A stretch of 57,071 nt of DNA from Vezdaea acicularis (Eukaryota): positions 1 to 57,071 of the forward strand of contig JAPEUI010000102.1 of the NCBI GenBank assembly GCA_026025075.1. The letters run 5' to 3'. Shown one piece after another: positions 35,913 through 48,932 of this stretch. Numbering within the stretch: position 1 is the stretch's first letter; every line of letters begins with the position of its first letter. Made by a program: the position numbers and the translations under genes. The notes beneath the pieces were generated by a model, which was not told the origin of the DNA, did no database searches, and was given only the letters and a program-made list of their open reading frames with translations.

Positions 35913-36624
35913 ATGAACAAAAGGGAGTAAAAAAAAGGGAAAGGGTGTTTTTTCTGTTATGCTTGGGTAAATGCCGGTCAATCTTTCCGTTTCCTTTTTT
36001 GTATCAGACGGTCTTGGATCATACATAGCGTGGGCGTTTTCTTTCTAGACCGATCATTGCATCCTCGGGCGTCGCATTCGGCGGTGTTTCATCCTGTTCT
36101 CTCCTTTCTTGGTAGATTGGATGCGGAGACTATTATCCTAATACTACATTTCTATCTGCATTTGCTCTCTCAACCCCTACCATTCTGTTTTGTTCTGTGG
36201 GGATATGCTTGAGCCGCCCGCTCCGGCGAGAAGTCATCGGATTCCCCAACCAGGCAGCAGCAACTTGACCGAGCTACTCTCATACCCCTCACCCCCTTCC
36301 TTATCCCTCACGTCCCAGGCACCACCCCATTGCGCCCTGTATCTTAGAACAGCTTATCAAGCCCACACCCATCTACCCCTCCGCCAACCACTCGAGCCTC
36401 ATTCCATCCCATCCTGTCCCATCCCACCCTTCCACATTCACCACGCTACGCTCCTTACGCCGCATACCCACCAGGCAAAGCGTGGCACAATCCACCAACC
36501 AAAGCGAATTTCTTGCGTATCTAGTGCGTGTACTGCACAAGGACTCAAATATCTAAAATCCTTGGCCCCCAAGGGGCGCGTGTGTGCCGCATGGACTGTG
36601 CATGATGTGCTGTGCCGGAGACCA

Positions 36625-36704
<80 letters not shown>
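36625..36704. repeat. 80-nt G homopolymer
   Basis: Uninterrupted G run read directly; it may be an assembly artefact. Confidence 0.9.
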
Positions 36705-37001
36705 CTGTTATCTCGACAGTTTTGTGGTCGATGGGGTTCTGGTTTGGGTGGTGGATGGGATCGGGGGTTTGTCATGTTTTGGGTGTGGGATTTGATCTCT
36801 GGGCTTGGTTCTCTTTCTTTGGGGGCTGAGGATGCTGGAGCCGTGTCTGGGGTTGAGATGGGAACCTATACATGAAGGCAGGTGCGCAATACGCGGCTCC
36901 AGCGTAGCGCTACCTCAAAGATTTACTGACGTGGTAGTATCTCACATCTCCACTCAAGTCTAAAACCCCACTTTATCCTCCACCCGCTCGAAAATCAGAG
37001 A

Positions 37002-38273
37002 ATGGCAGCGGGAATGAAAGCATGGGTCCTCACCGGCACGAACGGCTTCGACGACCTCCAGCTCCAAGAAACGAAACTGCGCAGTCTTCGCGATTTGGAC
37101 GTCTTGGTCAAGCTCAAGGCGGGCTCGTTGAATTATCGTGATGTTGCTATGGCTATGGTAATGTCCTCTCCACAGTAGTTGATATCTTTGCTTTGATATT
37201 GCAGTGTTGAAAGAAGCCCTGTTTTTGAAAACGAGTGCTAATGTTCTTCGGTGTTTTAGAACACCTATCCCGTGCCGTACAAGCTCGGGATTCCCGTAGG
37301 CTCCGATGGCGCAGGAGAAGTCATCGCCGTCGGGTCCCATGTCAGCGAATTCGAGAAAGGCGATGCAGTCTTGACCACCTTCACCCAAGACCAAGTCTCC
37401 GGCCACCCGACGCAGAAAATCATGGAATCGCAGCTAGGTGCCCTGAGAGATGGAGTCTTTACGCAATACGGCATTTTTCCGCAGCATGGGCTTGTTCGGA
37501 TGCCGAAGAGCGTGAATTGGCGGGAGGGCAGCACGTTGAGCTGCGCGGCGGTGACGGCTTGGAATGCCCTCTTTGGAGAGTGGACGACGAAGCCGGAGGA
37601 CTATATCTTGATCCAAGGAACCGGGGGTGTCAGTTTGTTTGGATTGCAAGTGAGTCGGAGCCCTTTAAGAGCCGATACGTCTCCGCCCCTGAGGACAATG
37701 TTAATCTCTTCCGCCGCTCTTCAGTTTGCAGCGGCTGCGGGTGCAACTGTCATCGCCACGACTTCCTCTGACGACAAGGTCCAGATGTTGAAAGACCTAG
37801 GTGCAAAACACGTCATCAACTATAAGAAAGACCCTACCTGGGGCAAAGCTGCCAAAGAGCTTACCCCTGACAACGAGGGGTTCGACAATATCTTCGACAT
37901 GGGCGGCGCTAGTACCCTCCGCCAAAGCCTCGAGTGCGTGAAGCTGGGGGGCCATATCTCTCTCATTGGGTTCCTTGGAGGCTTCGAGTCGAAGGATGTT
38001 CCGAGCATCCAGGAGATCTTGCTGCACCAATGCATCGTCCGAGGGATCTCGGTAGGGAGCAGAGAACAATTCCAGGCGATGAACAAGTTCATCGACGAGA
38101 AGGCTATTAAGCCTGTACTGGATAGTACGGTTTTTGACTTTGAGCACCTGAGAGATGCTTACCAGCATTTGGTGAGTTTAGTGATAGGATTGATAGGATT
38201 GATGAAAGTATTGCTAAAGCTTCTCTAGTGGGACCAGAAACACATAGGAAAGATTGTTGTAGACATCAACTAG
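37002..38273 (+). CDS. MDR-superfamily zinc-type alcohol dehydrogenase-like oxidoreductase, multi-exon
   Basis: SLNYRD, GSDGAGEV, CAAVTAWNAL, QGTGGVS, GAKHVINY; ends QKHIGKIVV. Introns at ~37157-37259, 37650-37724 and ~38172-38228. Confidence 0.92.
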
Positions 38274-39274
38274 GAACATTGACGTTAGATCTACGTTCGT
38301 GAAATGCCATTGCGTCATGAGAGAGGCAATAGAATCCCTTTGGTGGCAAGTTCTTTGAACGCGTGAAACGAGAAGTATCGGATGATCACATTTTCTAAAA
38401 ATGCAGAAAATGCCCTGAATCCTTTCTCGTAAGCGATTTCGCATGGCAAAAATAGAGAAAACATGTACTAGAAATATCAAAACCATAAATGAACGTGAAA
38501 TCAAATCCTTCGGGATTTGTGAATTTCTGTTTGGGCGCCGGTAGGGTTTGATCGAGATATGGCACACGTTTGTTCCAGAAGCCACGCTCTCGACAGTCGC
38601 TCTGCTGCTACTGTACTCTCATATCAAGACACTTACTCGTGGGATAACTCGGATGCTCAACCATGGTGAGAGATAAGGGTGGTAGAATTGTCATTGAACT
38701 GCGCTACGACTCTGCATTTGAGGTTCACGTAAGGAGCCATAACACCAAAAATCTGACGCTGTCCCGAGCACGTTTGCGGTAAGACAACCTTTACTCAAGG
38801 TAGCTAGGACAAGTATGAGCAATCTTTCCCACTGCGCTTCCTAGCCTACAAAACGGCTAACACCTAGCCACGAATTAGACGTGGAAATTAGCATACAACT
38901 AAATTTGGTCTAAAAGCACGACCAAGTTTTATAGTGAAGTACTGGGACAGCATTCTTGTCTCGCTTATCGTATCCCACTTTTCGCGTCCACCGCGTAGCG
39001 GCTAATCATATCGCCAGCTTTCTGGGCCAAGCGAACCAAGTGTCAACGTCAAGCTGAAAGGACTACCTTAATAGCAGCGCACGTCCCGATCTTGGTCCCC
39101 CTCCTCCCAATCATCCCAGCCCGAAAACACCCAATACCCCTCCAACCCAAAGTCATTACCTCAACCACCTCTACGTTCGTGTAAGTCGGAGAATGCTCAC
39201 CTTTCTCTCGTAGAATCCCTTTTGGTCGATCAGCCTCTAATAACCCCGTTTCTAGAGTCTTGAAATCTGCAACG

Positions 39275-39454
39275 ATGTGTACGTCAGCTTCGCACGCTAT
39301 CAGCCCCAAGAACGAAGTCTTGCCCAGCACAAGCAGCAGCTCAATCACCTCTTCGATCACCAAGCCAGCGGGCACACAGCCGGGGAAAACAAAATGTATT
39401 GAGTGTGATGGATACGAATGCTGCTGCCTTCCTATCCCATGCACTATCATGTAA
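39275..39454 (+). CDS. 59-aa Cys-rich microprotein with C-terminal CaaX (CTIM)
   Basis: MCTSASH...KCIECDGYECCCLPIPCTIM-stop. A canonical 5'-UTR intron at 39181-39255 (GTAAGT...CTAAT...TAG) lies just upstream, preceded by a C-rich leader. Confidence 0.7.
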   Translation: MCTSASHAISPKNEVLPSTSSSSITSSITKPAGTQPGKTKCIECDGYECCCLPIPCTIM

Positions 39455-40784
39455 ACGCAACGGTCACGAGCTACTTCATGCACAGATAGGGAAGGCGCAG
39501 AATTGGACGCATGGAAACATGGAGGGAATGTGAGACTGGATGCAGCAAATCTCAACAAGAAAGGCTTAAATCATAAATACTGCATTCTACACAGTGTTCT
39601 CTACGCTTAAGCCAGAAACAGTACAATCTTTCAAGTCAATTCATGCATGATTTAAGGAAAGCCAGACGTTGGATTGCGCAGTGTGTCCCCAAAGTACACG
39701 AAATATCCTGTACAGAAGCATTTGTTATTTAAGAGGCCACGAGCGCATTGCCTAGCCAAATATGATAGTGGTTAAAGAAAAGAGGTTCTAGAACTGGTGA
39801 TGCTCCATCTCTATCATATGAGAAACTGGAGAACGCTCAGGGTACTCGTTCTTCCAAAATAAAAAGGATGCTGCTCAAGTCCAAAACATCATTCTCATTC
39901 TCAAAACCGGAACAGCTTGTTTCAAGTAAAGAGAAAGCCAGCCATTGTGACAGCTAGGGCATGCCCGATGTGGTCAAGATGGAAGCAGGCCGAACATCTG
40001 TAGGACTGTTGCACTACGGGATATAATCCTCTTAGCACGCAGCAGCAAGAACTAATGACAGCTGGGGCACTCAAGTGACTGCGAGTCCCCCAGACCTTAT
40101 TCACGTCTATATCATAACGTTACAGACCACCCACTAAAACCAATTTCTTATCGCTGAAGCGACTGGCGAATCGAGCATGAGCCTAAGTCGGCCAGCCAAA
40201 GTTGTCACCGGCAGCAGCTTATGAACCTTGTGAAATGTGAAAAGCGTCAAGTAATTTACCGTGACAGTGATGACTATCGCTATATTTTCTGCCTAGGGAG
40301 GATGTACGGCTATGCCACGACCTACTTTTGGGAGAGATTGAGAAATTGAAGATTAAAATTGTCTCTCGCCCTGAGATGCGAGGAGCCGCTACGTGGTGTT
40401 CCTTTTGCTGGACTTTGGTGTGCCATTTGCTTCTTCAAAATCATTTTATGAAATATGTGGGGAATTTGGTGTGATTGGCTGCTTATATGAATCCATGCGA
40501 ATCGCAGCACAACTCAGGACTCCAGAACTTAAACGCAATGATTAAAGTCATGACTACTGTTCAAGTTTTTTATCCTTAAAGCTGCATATTGGGAGTGCTC
40601 TCGATCAGGCTTGAATTGGTTCCGTAAAAGATGGCCCCCCATAACGCATTGACTACCCAAAGTACGGGTTAAGCCTCATGCTACATCCAACTACAATAAT
40701 ATTCAAATATCTGGACCGTAAGCTTGACATGTATCTATCATGCCACGTTAAGAGTTACTAGAGATAACATCTTCTTTTCAAGAG

Positions 40785-42480
40785 ATGGCAGAATCGTCGC
40801 TGTCATCACCGTCAGCACCAACAGAACGGAGCCCATTGCTGAAAGCCCAGAATGGAGACCCCGAGCCTCATAATCGTGCTACCGATGAGGATACAGGAGG
40901 GGAAACAGGCGATGTCCCAACAGTAGAGGAGCCAGCCACTACAAAACTTGTAGTCATCCTGGGAAGCATCTATGTTGGGGTCTTTCTAGCTTCACTTGGT
41001 GGGTTCTCTTGAGTCTACATTTCTCCTTATCTGACCTTTTAAAGACGTCACAATCATAGCAACGCTTGCTGGCCCAATTTCGAATGAGTTTAGCTCGTTT
41101 ACGTTGTACTCGTGGCTTGCTTCGGCATATCTCATCGCCAATGCTGCTCTACAACCACTCTCAGGCAGGCTTACGGATATCTTCTCCCGTCGATGGGGCC
41201 TCGTCTTCTCTAACGTCATGTTCGGTGCCGGAAACCTCATATGCGGCCTTGCAAGGTCCGAGGCAGCTATGATTACAGGGCGAGTAGTCTCCGGCTTGGG
41301 TGGTGGTGGCATGCTCGCGATAGCAACGTTCGTTGCCTCGGACCTTGTGCCACTTCGAAAACGGGGCGTCATCCAGGGTATCGGTAACCTCGCTTTTGGA
41401 GTTGGGATGGGTATTGGTGGTGTTTTCGGTGGCTGGGTCAACGATATCTGGGGCTGGCGGTACGCCTTCCTGGTTCAGATTCCGCCATTGTTCATCTCAA
41501 CAGTGCTGGTCTTTTTCACGGTCAACATACCTGTCAAGGAGACATCCGAGTCCCGTCTAAAACGAATAGACTTTTTAGGAGCCTTTACTCTGGTCTTGAC
41601 GCTTGTACTTTTTCTAGTGGCTCTTAACTCCGGAGGAAACATCGTTCCATGGGCCCACCCGCTCGTCATTGTATCACTTATCCTATCCGCAGCATCATTT
41701 GGGACTTTTATCTATGTCGAGCTCCATCACTCGGAACCTATTATCCCTGTGCATTTGATGGCCCACCGTACCGTCGCTGGCGCCTGCCTTACGAATTGGT
41801 TCGACGTCATGACCGTGAACGCTCTGCTTTTCTATGCGCCTGTCTACTTTCAACTCAGGGGTTTGTCAAGTACACAGGCGGGCCTACGCCTAGCCCCCAT
41901 GGCGGCCGGTGCAGCTACCGGCTCATTGAGCAGTGGTCTTGTCATGAAAGCTACGGGGAAATATTGGTGGCTTGGTCTAGGCGCCCAAACCTTGTTAGTA
42001 CTTTCCGCGGCTCTCATAACCTCGCTCAGGTTGAGCACGCCGGGTTGGCCATCTTTCGTCTACTTCCTTGTTGGAGGCCTTGGCTATGGTGGCATGTTGA
42101 CGGTCACTTTGGTTGCACTTATCGCCGCCGTGGACCACAAATATCAAGCCGTCATCACCTCCGCCTCTTATGCCTTCCGCTCCACTGGAGGGACTATTGG
42201 AATCACAATTGCGAGTGCAGTCTATCAAAACCTCCTCAAATCACAACTTTGGGCTCGTTTCGGTGACAGAGACAACGCAGCAGAGATAATAGGGAGGCTA
42301 AGAGATAGGCTGGACGAGATTCGGCATGTTCCCTCTGACTGGCAAGAGGGTGTTCTCCAAAGTGTGATGGACTCCTTGACTGGCGTCTTTGGCGTTATGG
42401 TAGGTATTACAGTGCTCGGTTTGGTGACTTCCTCCCTAATGAAGGAGCACGTTTTGCATACCAATATAGCAAGACGATAG
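40785..42480 (+). CDS. MFS 14-TMS transporter (DHA2/Vba-like)
   Basis: N-terminal TERSPLL dileucine sorting motif; FLASL-DVTIIAT across intron 40999-41044; QPLSGRLTDIFSRR; GRVVSGLGGGG; SDLVPLRKRG; LKRIDFLG. Confidence 0.92.
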
Positions 42481-43553
42481 TCTCATATGTCGTAAGATTA
42501 TAAAAATAGTTGCATGACAGCAGTAATCAGAATAAATATTCTCAAGTGACCCAAATTTATTCGCAAATTTTTGTGATTCTTTCAGCGGGATGTGAACCTC
42601 GATGAGGCTTAAGGGGTTTCTAACGATCCAAACGTTATTCCCCTTTCCCACAACCATGGTCCTAAGTTCGGGCGAGATCATAAGTCTAGATTTGATGAGT
42701 ATAGCTCGTATGTGCCTTCGCCTTAACACAGAATCATGCATATATTTCTATTGTTCTCAAGATATACGTTCATTTATATGGAGAGAAGAGGCGAGCTTTG
42801 CTGGACGATTTTGTTATAGGGAGAAGCGGGCCGTAAGAGACAGGAAAGTATTCTAGATTATATATACTCGGAGGAGCAATTTCGATGGAGGAAGATGCAA
42901 GGGCAAGATAGGCAAAACGGGAATCACTCAGTACTGCACAAGCCTGGAACTCAATGATTTGGAGTGATGATTGGGCCTGTATGCTTTACATATCTCTTCG
43001 AGAATCCACTGGTTTGAAATGATACTCAGGGCGATATACTTCATATATCTCCTCAAGAATATTGATTTATTCAACCATGTAACAAAAACCACCATTCCGT
43101 GGGAATTGCCCGCTTCGCACAGCTCCTCTCGAAAGCTAGACTCGCGCTTTCCTGACTATCTTCTTCGGTAACTGCCATCCGATTTGCTAAGTATCGAGTG
43201 GTATCGACATGGTGTTATTGTTGCCTTATGTAAGGTATGTTTCTTGCATGTACAGCTCTAGACTCGGTATGTTTACCGCTATACTTATCCACAGGGATTA
43301 ATAAAAACTAAACCTAATTAATTGTTCAAGGCTTGATTTCGAGATCTTGGCGACTTGATGTTGAGGCCTGGCGCGCTCAGACGCGCTAGCTTCGCACCAA
43401 TTGGGTGGTGCTGCTACTGAAGCATATCAAGGCCGAGATCGTAGCTCCCCAAAGCGCATAAGCAATGTAAGACGTGATGGGTTTGATAATCTAAAGACTT
43501 GCTTAATTGAGTTTGAAAACTCTTTGGGGCACATCGTTCTTTCTTAGCTTGTC

Positions 43554-44344
43554 CTACGCCGTCTTTTTCCATTGGGCCCATATCCCAATCAAACTGCTCA
43601 CAGTCCCCGCAAGTCCCACCTTCCCATCATCAAAACTTGTATATCCAATTGCCGTGGCTGGAATAGTAAGATCGCAGAGGTCTGACAATAATTGCAGGCT
43701 CGCAGTGTGCCTTTCCCGTTCAACACGTTTGCTCTCTACCACGCCTTCGCCTTTGGTCTTATCGACTTTGATCCGCCGGATAGTATACAAGGTATATGCA
43801 CCTGCCAACACATTGCAAAAGATTCCGGCGAACCAAGCCCTGTACGCCTCTCGCTGTAGACGTTTTGCCGCAGGTGAAGGACGGATGCCAGCAGCATCAA
43901 GCTAGGAATGTGAACAAACATAACCAAAAGGACACAAGTTGACTCACGTAAGTAATCGTGTCAAATGTTAGATATATCCCATATCCTAGCTGCCTTCCTA
44001 TGGCGCAATATTTCAAGATCGGGTCCATACCCTTAGCATCTACTGCGAGTGCCGCAGCCTTGAAGTGCTCCACATTCTTGCCAACTCGCATTAATTTTCG
44101 ACTGAGCCCAAACTGCTTCTTGATAGCTTCAAATGGTCTTATGTCGGTGCTTGCATGGTTTCTCTTGAGAAGGTACCACGCATAGAAACGAGAGAAGTAT
44201 TGTAGTGCTCGTAGAAGCTTATCGCGACCCACTTGACATCGTCAGTGCGGTTCTTATTGGTTCAATCAACAACTTACCCGTTGTTGCTATAAACTTCAGA
44301 TAATGGGAGACCGTAGGGTGGTAGATCAACGCGTCTGCCACCAT
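43554..44344 (-). CDS. PEX11: Peroxisomal biogenesis factor 11, three exons
   Basis: MVADALIYHP..., GRDKLLRALQYFSRFYAW, RKLMRVGK, QLLSDLCDLTIP, GLAGTVSSLIG; ends WKKTA. Confidence 0.95.
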
Positions 44345-44766
44345 GTTGAACGTGTAATACCAAATCCTTTGTTACATTGATCGTGGTTAGGTAGATGATG
44401 AAAGTGGGAGGACCAGATGGCGTAACAGATCGTGAAGGTGTGGTGCACGCTAGATAGGAACCTCGGCACAAAATATGTTCATGTTATTTGTCGCCCGCCA
44501 TTGAATTGATGAATGATGAATGGCACCAGCGATATCTCCTGCTACTCATAGTTCCAAAAGGCAATAAAGAGCGCAAACACCACGTCATTTGCACAGATTG
44601 ACATTTCATTTGGGCTGGTAAGAGAAATGCATGCAGTTTAGAATAAGCTTCGTCTATGAGCGTATTTGGCTACCAAGATATTATCGCTATTCTGCTACAG
44701 TAGTCCATATGGAGTAGTCCTTGGCACGGTCCTACTGGCAATGGGCGGAGATGGTACTAGCCTACC

Positions 44767-46856
44767 TCACGTTTTGTAGAAGCAGAATGCAATGTAGAAG
44801 CCTTGACGAATCAGTTAACAGAGCCTAGATAAAACATAGGATGACTTACTTGCCGCCTCCATCTCCTCGTCTCGCACAAGCAGCGGGCCTTTGCTTTTTC
44901 CTCTAACTCCCATTCTTTCGCTCAGTGGACCCAGGATTGGATCTTCTTTCTCCTCCTCCCACACTTCTGCAAAGGGTTTCTTGTACTGCAACTCTAGATT
45001 ATACTCCTCTGCCATGAATCGGAAAGCTTCCCAGGGTACCACATACTCAGGTACCTCTTCGACAGCTTCTTCCATGAAGTAGCTATACTTCCAGCCATAT
45101 GGTGGCCTAAATATGCCGTCTTCCGGCGTTTTCCCAGGAAAACGAACGCGGTAGATCGAGTTGCCCCACTCCAGAGACCCCGGGCTTCCTTCAGCCCTTT
45201 TTTCTAATGGCTCTTCAGTCTTGGAAGTGGTAGCTGCCTGCTCATGAAAGGCAACGACCTTTTCGCTCAGTACATCAGAATTAGGGATCGTGCCTATTAG
45301 CCTTCCGCCTTTCTTCAAACTTCCAGCAACGTTTTTGAGCATTCCCCGGGCCTTTGCCTCGCTTTCGAAAGCATAATGCATACAAAACATCATAGAGACA
45401 ACATCGAAGCCTCCACCACCCCATCTTGCAGCAATAGCGCCATTAATGCCGGGTCCAGCAGAAGGATCGATTCCCACCTCATGGATGAGCGGGATCTCCC
45501 CAAGATATCCGCTAAAGGCATCTTTGACATAGAATTCGGCGCGGAATAGCCGCTGAGACCTCCCACCTCGATAACCATCTCTACCTCGTCCACCCCTCCC
45601 GCCCTTCTCTCTCATCTGCCTATATCGATCTCGAGCTTGCTCGATAGACACGTCTGCGGGATCAACTCCGACGTATAACTCCACAGGCTGAGGCGCTTGC
45701 TGCCACTTTCCGAGATCTCCACCCTTACCGCAGCCCATGTCTAGAACTACGAGGCCTCTTGGTTCTTCTCTGTCGAGCGAATCTTCATTTTCAGGGTGAT
45801 AATCCTCATTCGGGGAGAATTTCTGGATGATAGTACTTTTGACCCAGTTATTGAAACTTCTTAAGCCGCGTATCCTACTGTCAGTTTTCCGCCATTCCCG
45901 GCCTCGCTCAGGGACAGCATTATAGTGCTCCCGGACGACGTCTTGAACACCACGCATCTGAGCCTCCTTCTTAGCTTTCTCCATTTGTGCTCTATCCCGC
46001 TCCATCTGTCGCTCTCTTATTGCATCTCTCTCAGCGATTGATATACGTGAAGCGCCTCCGGGACGCTTGAGTTTGCGGGGTGGGGACCGAGGGGGGGGGG
46101 TAGGACTGCGACGCCTTTGGGGGGTTCTCGAACGTCTTCGAGGGGGATGTCGCTGATCACTTCGCCCATCGCCTGGCGACTGACGTGCTGGTGACCGAGA
46201 CCGCCTTCGGGCTCGCGCCAAGTCTCTCTTATTCTGGTCAAGCTCTCTTGCTGGACGCCCTTCCAGGTTAGGCGTAGTACCGTTTACGGCTTTCTTTCGA
46301 GAAAAGCGTGGTAGGTTTGCAGAGGTCATGGGTACAGGTGGCTCGTCATTAGTTGAATTCTCCTCAGCTGAAGGTTTCATTCTCTTGAGCGGTCGCGATA
46401 TGTTGTCATTACTAGGTGCGCCTTCTACGGCGGGAGTTTCACTAAAGGCTGAATCTCTCGGCATTGGAGAGCGAGATCGAGACCGCTTAGTTTTCGACGG
46501 CTTCATGACAGGTGAATCTTTGGGACCAGGATTTCCGGAGAATACTGGCGAATTTGAGTCTCTTGAGATTGAATACTCTCCAGACGATTTTGCGAGGAGT
46601 TTGAGTTGCTCCTACAAGGACTGTCAGTCTTAGGACAGGACCGGAGCGTTGCTTTTTATGTAGAACTAGCAGTAGTCCACAAGCTCTTTGAAAGATTTAC
46701 TTTAGATCCGTGTTTGTCCATTGCATCGGTATTGTGCCCATGGACTTGTGGTGTAGGGGTAGAGCTCTGCTCATCTGACTTATTCAGGTCTACAGCCGCA
46801 GCGTCTTCAGACGATGTGAACGTATCTCTGGCAGGGTCGTACAGATTTCTAGACAT
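44767..46856 (-). CDS. ABD1: mRNA cap guanine-N7 methyltransferase with RS-rich N-terminal extension
   Basis: LRSFNNWVKS, VLDMGCGKGGDLGKW, FDVVSMMFCMHYAFESE, VPEYVVPW; last exon FYIAFCFYKT. The first exon (MSRNLYDPARD) is inferred. Confidence 0.93.
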
Positions 46857-47183
46857 TTTGCAACTATTGGCAGGAAAATTGGCTTCGTCATTCAAATCTG
46901 ATTGAATTTGTACCACAAACGTTAGGGTTCGTAATGTGATGTTTCTGGAAACTTGATCTTGGGAGACATGAAGGCCCTTGCGCTTTCGCTACGGCGCGGT
47001 AAAAGAAGCGCGTTCCGCGTCAAGTTCCGAGTGGGACTTCGTGCCTTGCAACCAAACCTTTTCTCAGATTCCCTCGATATCGAACTGTGACAAGAACTGA
47101 GAAAAGCTCTTGGCAAGCAAAGATTTGGTTATATCAGTTTACAAGCTTCAGACAGACAGCGACGTATAGCTCAGCTAGCCATC

Positions 47184-48736
47184 ATGGGGTCTGATCCCCA
47201 ATATGTGAAATATCCAAAGCTTTCTCTCGCTCAAAACATCTTCCTACTGAGCAACAGCGCAACATCTAAATCTGTTCAGGAGCAAAATCTGAAAACCTTA
47301 CAAGATGCAATCACCGAAGATAAGATGGCACCTTTATACTGGCATCTAGCGCATCCGACTGAGGGTATATTGAACACTGTCGGCGAGGGCACCTCGCAAA
47401 GACCTGGGAATAAGAGACCTGGGGGTATATCAAGCATTGTGGGAAAGAAGCCGACTTCTAAGGTACATTTTCCTTGGGACGAAAAGCTTTACGAATCTCT
47501 TAAAAGCGAGAATTCAAAGGAATTGGAAGAATTCGAAAAAGAGGAACAAGAGGCTACAGAAAAGGCGGGTGAGACTGAAATACAAGCCGCAAAAGGCAAG
47601 AGGGCAGAATTTTGGGCGCGAGTAGGCGATAAGGTTTGTGAATTCAGCCTTTCGGAGAGGAATAAGACTCATCTACCTAGGATAAAGCAATCTCTTCCTA
47701 CGAAGCTGTGTTTGAGAAGACTGGAATTCTTGGAACAAGAATAGATCTTGTTCTGGCTATGATAAGGGTGGGCCTTTTCTTTGGTGATAAACTCCTTGTC
47801 AAGAAGACAGTCGATCGTGCAAAGGCTTTGGTAGAAAGTGGTGGTGATTGGGACCGGAGAAACCGTTTGAAAGCATACGAAGGACTGCATCTTTTGACCA
47901 CTCGCTCGTATGATCTAGCAGCACCGCTTCTCCTGGACAGTTTATCTACATTCACAAGTTACGAGCTTTGCGGTTATTCAACACTCGTCACGTATGCGAT
48001 CCTCGCGGGTTCTGTCTCACTTAAGAGAGTTGACTTTAAGCAGAAAGTTGTTGATGCGCCAGAGATCAAAGCCATCGTTGGAAGCCATGAGGAAAAGCTT
48101 TCAGCACTCTCCGGAGCCATCTCTGCAGGGCCTGGTGCAGATGATCAGGAGATGGAGGATGCTACATCAACTACGCCAAAGCCATCCGCCTTTAATCTTG
48201 CGGCTGTTGAGCACTCGTTGACAGAGCAAGCGGAGGAACAGACTGTAGACTTCAAGCCTCTCTCTTCGTTAGTCGGTAGTCTGTATCTAGGCAACTATCA
48301 GTCTTTCTTCCTCGCTCTTGCAGCAGTAGAAGACATGTTTCTGAGCCAGGACCGGTATCTATGGGAGCATAAGGGGTGGTTCGTTCGAGAGATGCGGCTC
48401 AGAGGGTACCTGCAATTGCTTCAGAGCTACAGGGTGGTTGGACTTAAGAACATGGCGAACGACTTCGGCGTATCCGTTGATTTCTTGGATCGGTAAGCTC
48501 CGGACACCCTCGATAATCTTGACAATCTCGTTAACCTGCATAGTGATCTCGCGAAGTTCATCGCTGCTGACCGGATTCCTTGTACTATTGACCGCGTAAA
48601 AGGGGTGATTGAGACGAATCGCCCAGATGACAAGAATAAGCAGTACAATGACGTCGTCAAACAAGGCGACGCTCTTATTACAAAGTTGCAGAAGTACGGG
48701 CAGGCAGTCAGGTTAAGAGGGAGCGAGCGTGGATGA
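47184..48736 (+). CDS. RPN7: 26S proteasome lid subunit Rpn7, three exons
   Basis: KMAPLY, GGDWDRRNRLKAYEG, LDSLSTFTSYEL, FVREMRLRGY.QLLQSY, FGVSVDFLD, IETNRPDDKN. Confidence 0.96.
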
Positions 48737-48932
48737 AGTCCTCTGTCATTGCTTTGCTCTCATCTTCACAAATCATCGTAATAAGCATTAGAGGAGGCAC
48801 ATCATGTACAGTTAAGTTTGAATGACGCATTTTATGCCTCTATTGTGTCTATATATCTATACGCTCAGATATTTGGAACAACAGAATGTTTCTGTGGGTG
48901 CTTCTCCCAGGTATCCCGTTGGAGATATACGC

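Noticed and set aside
36190..36875. Poly-Gly and poly-Pro ORFs
   Set aside because: These are only translations of the G80 tract.
37002..42480. Dehydrogenase plus MFS transporter as a secondary-metabolite cluster
   Set aside because: No backbone enzyme (PKS, NRPS, terpene cyclase) or cluster transcription factor in the window.
46921..46929. GTTAGGGTT telomere-like word between ABD1 and RPN7
   Set aside because: A single short match in a ~330-bp promoter, with no room for an RNA gene.
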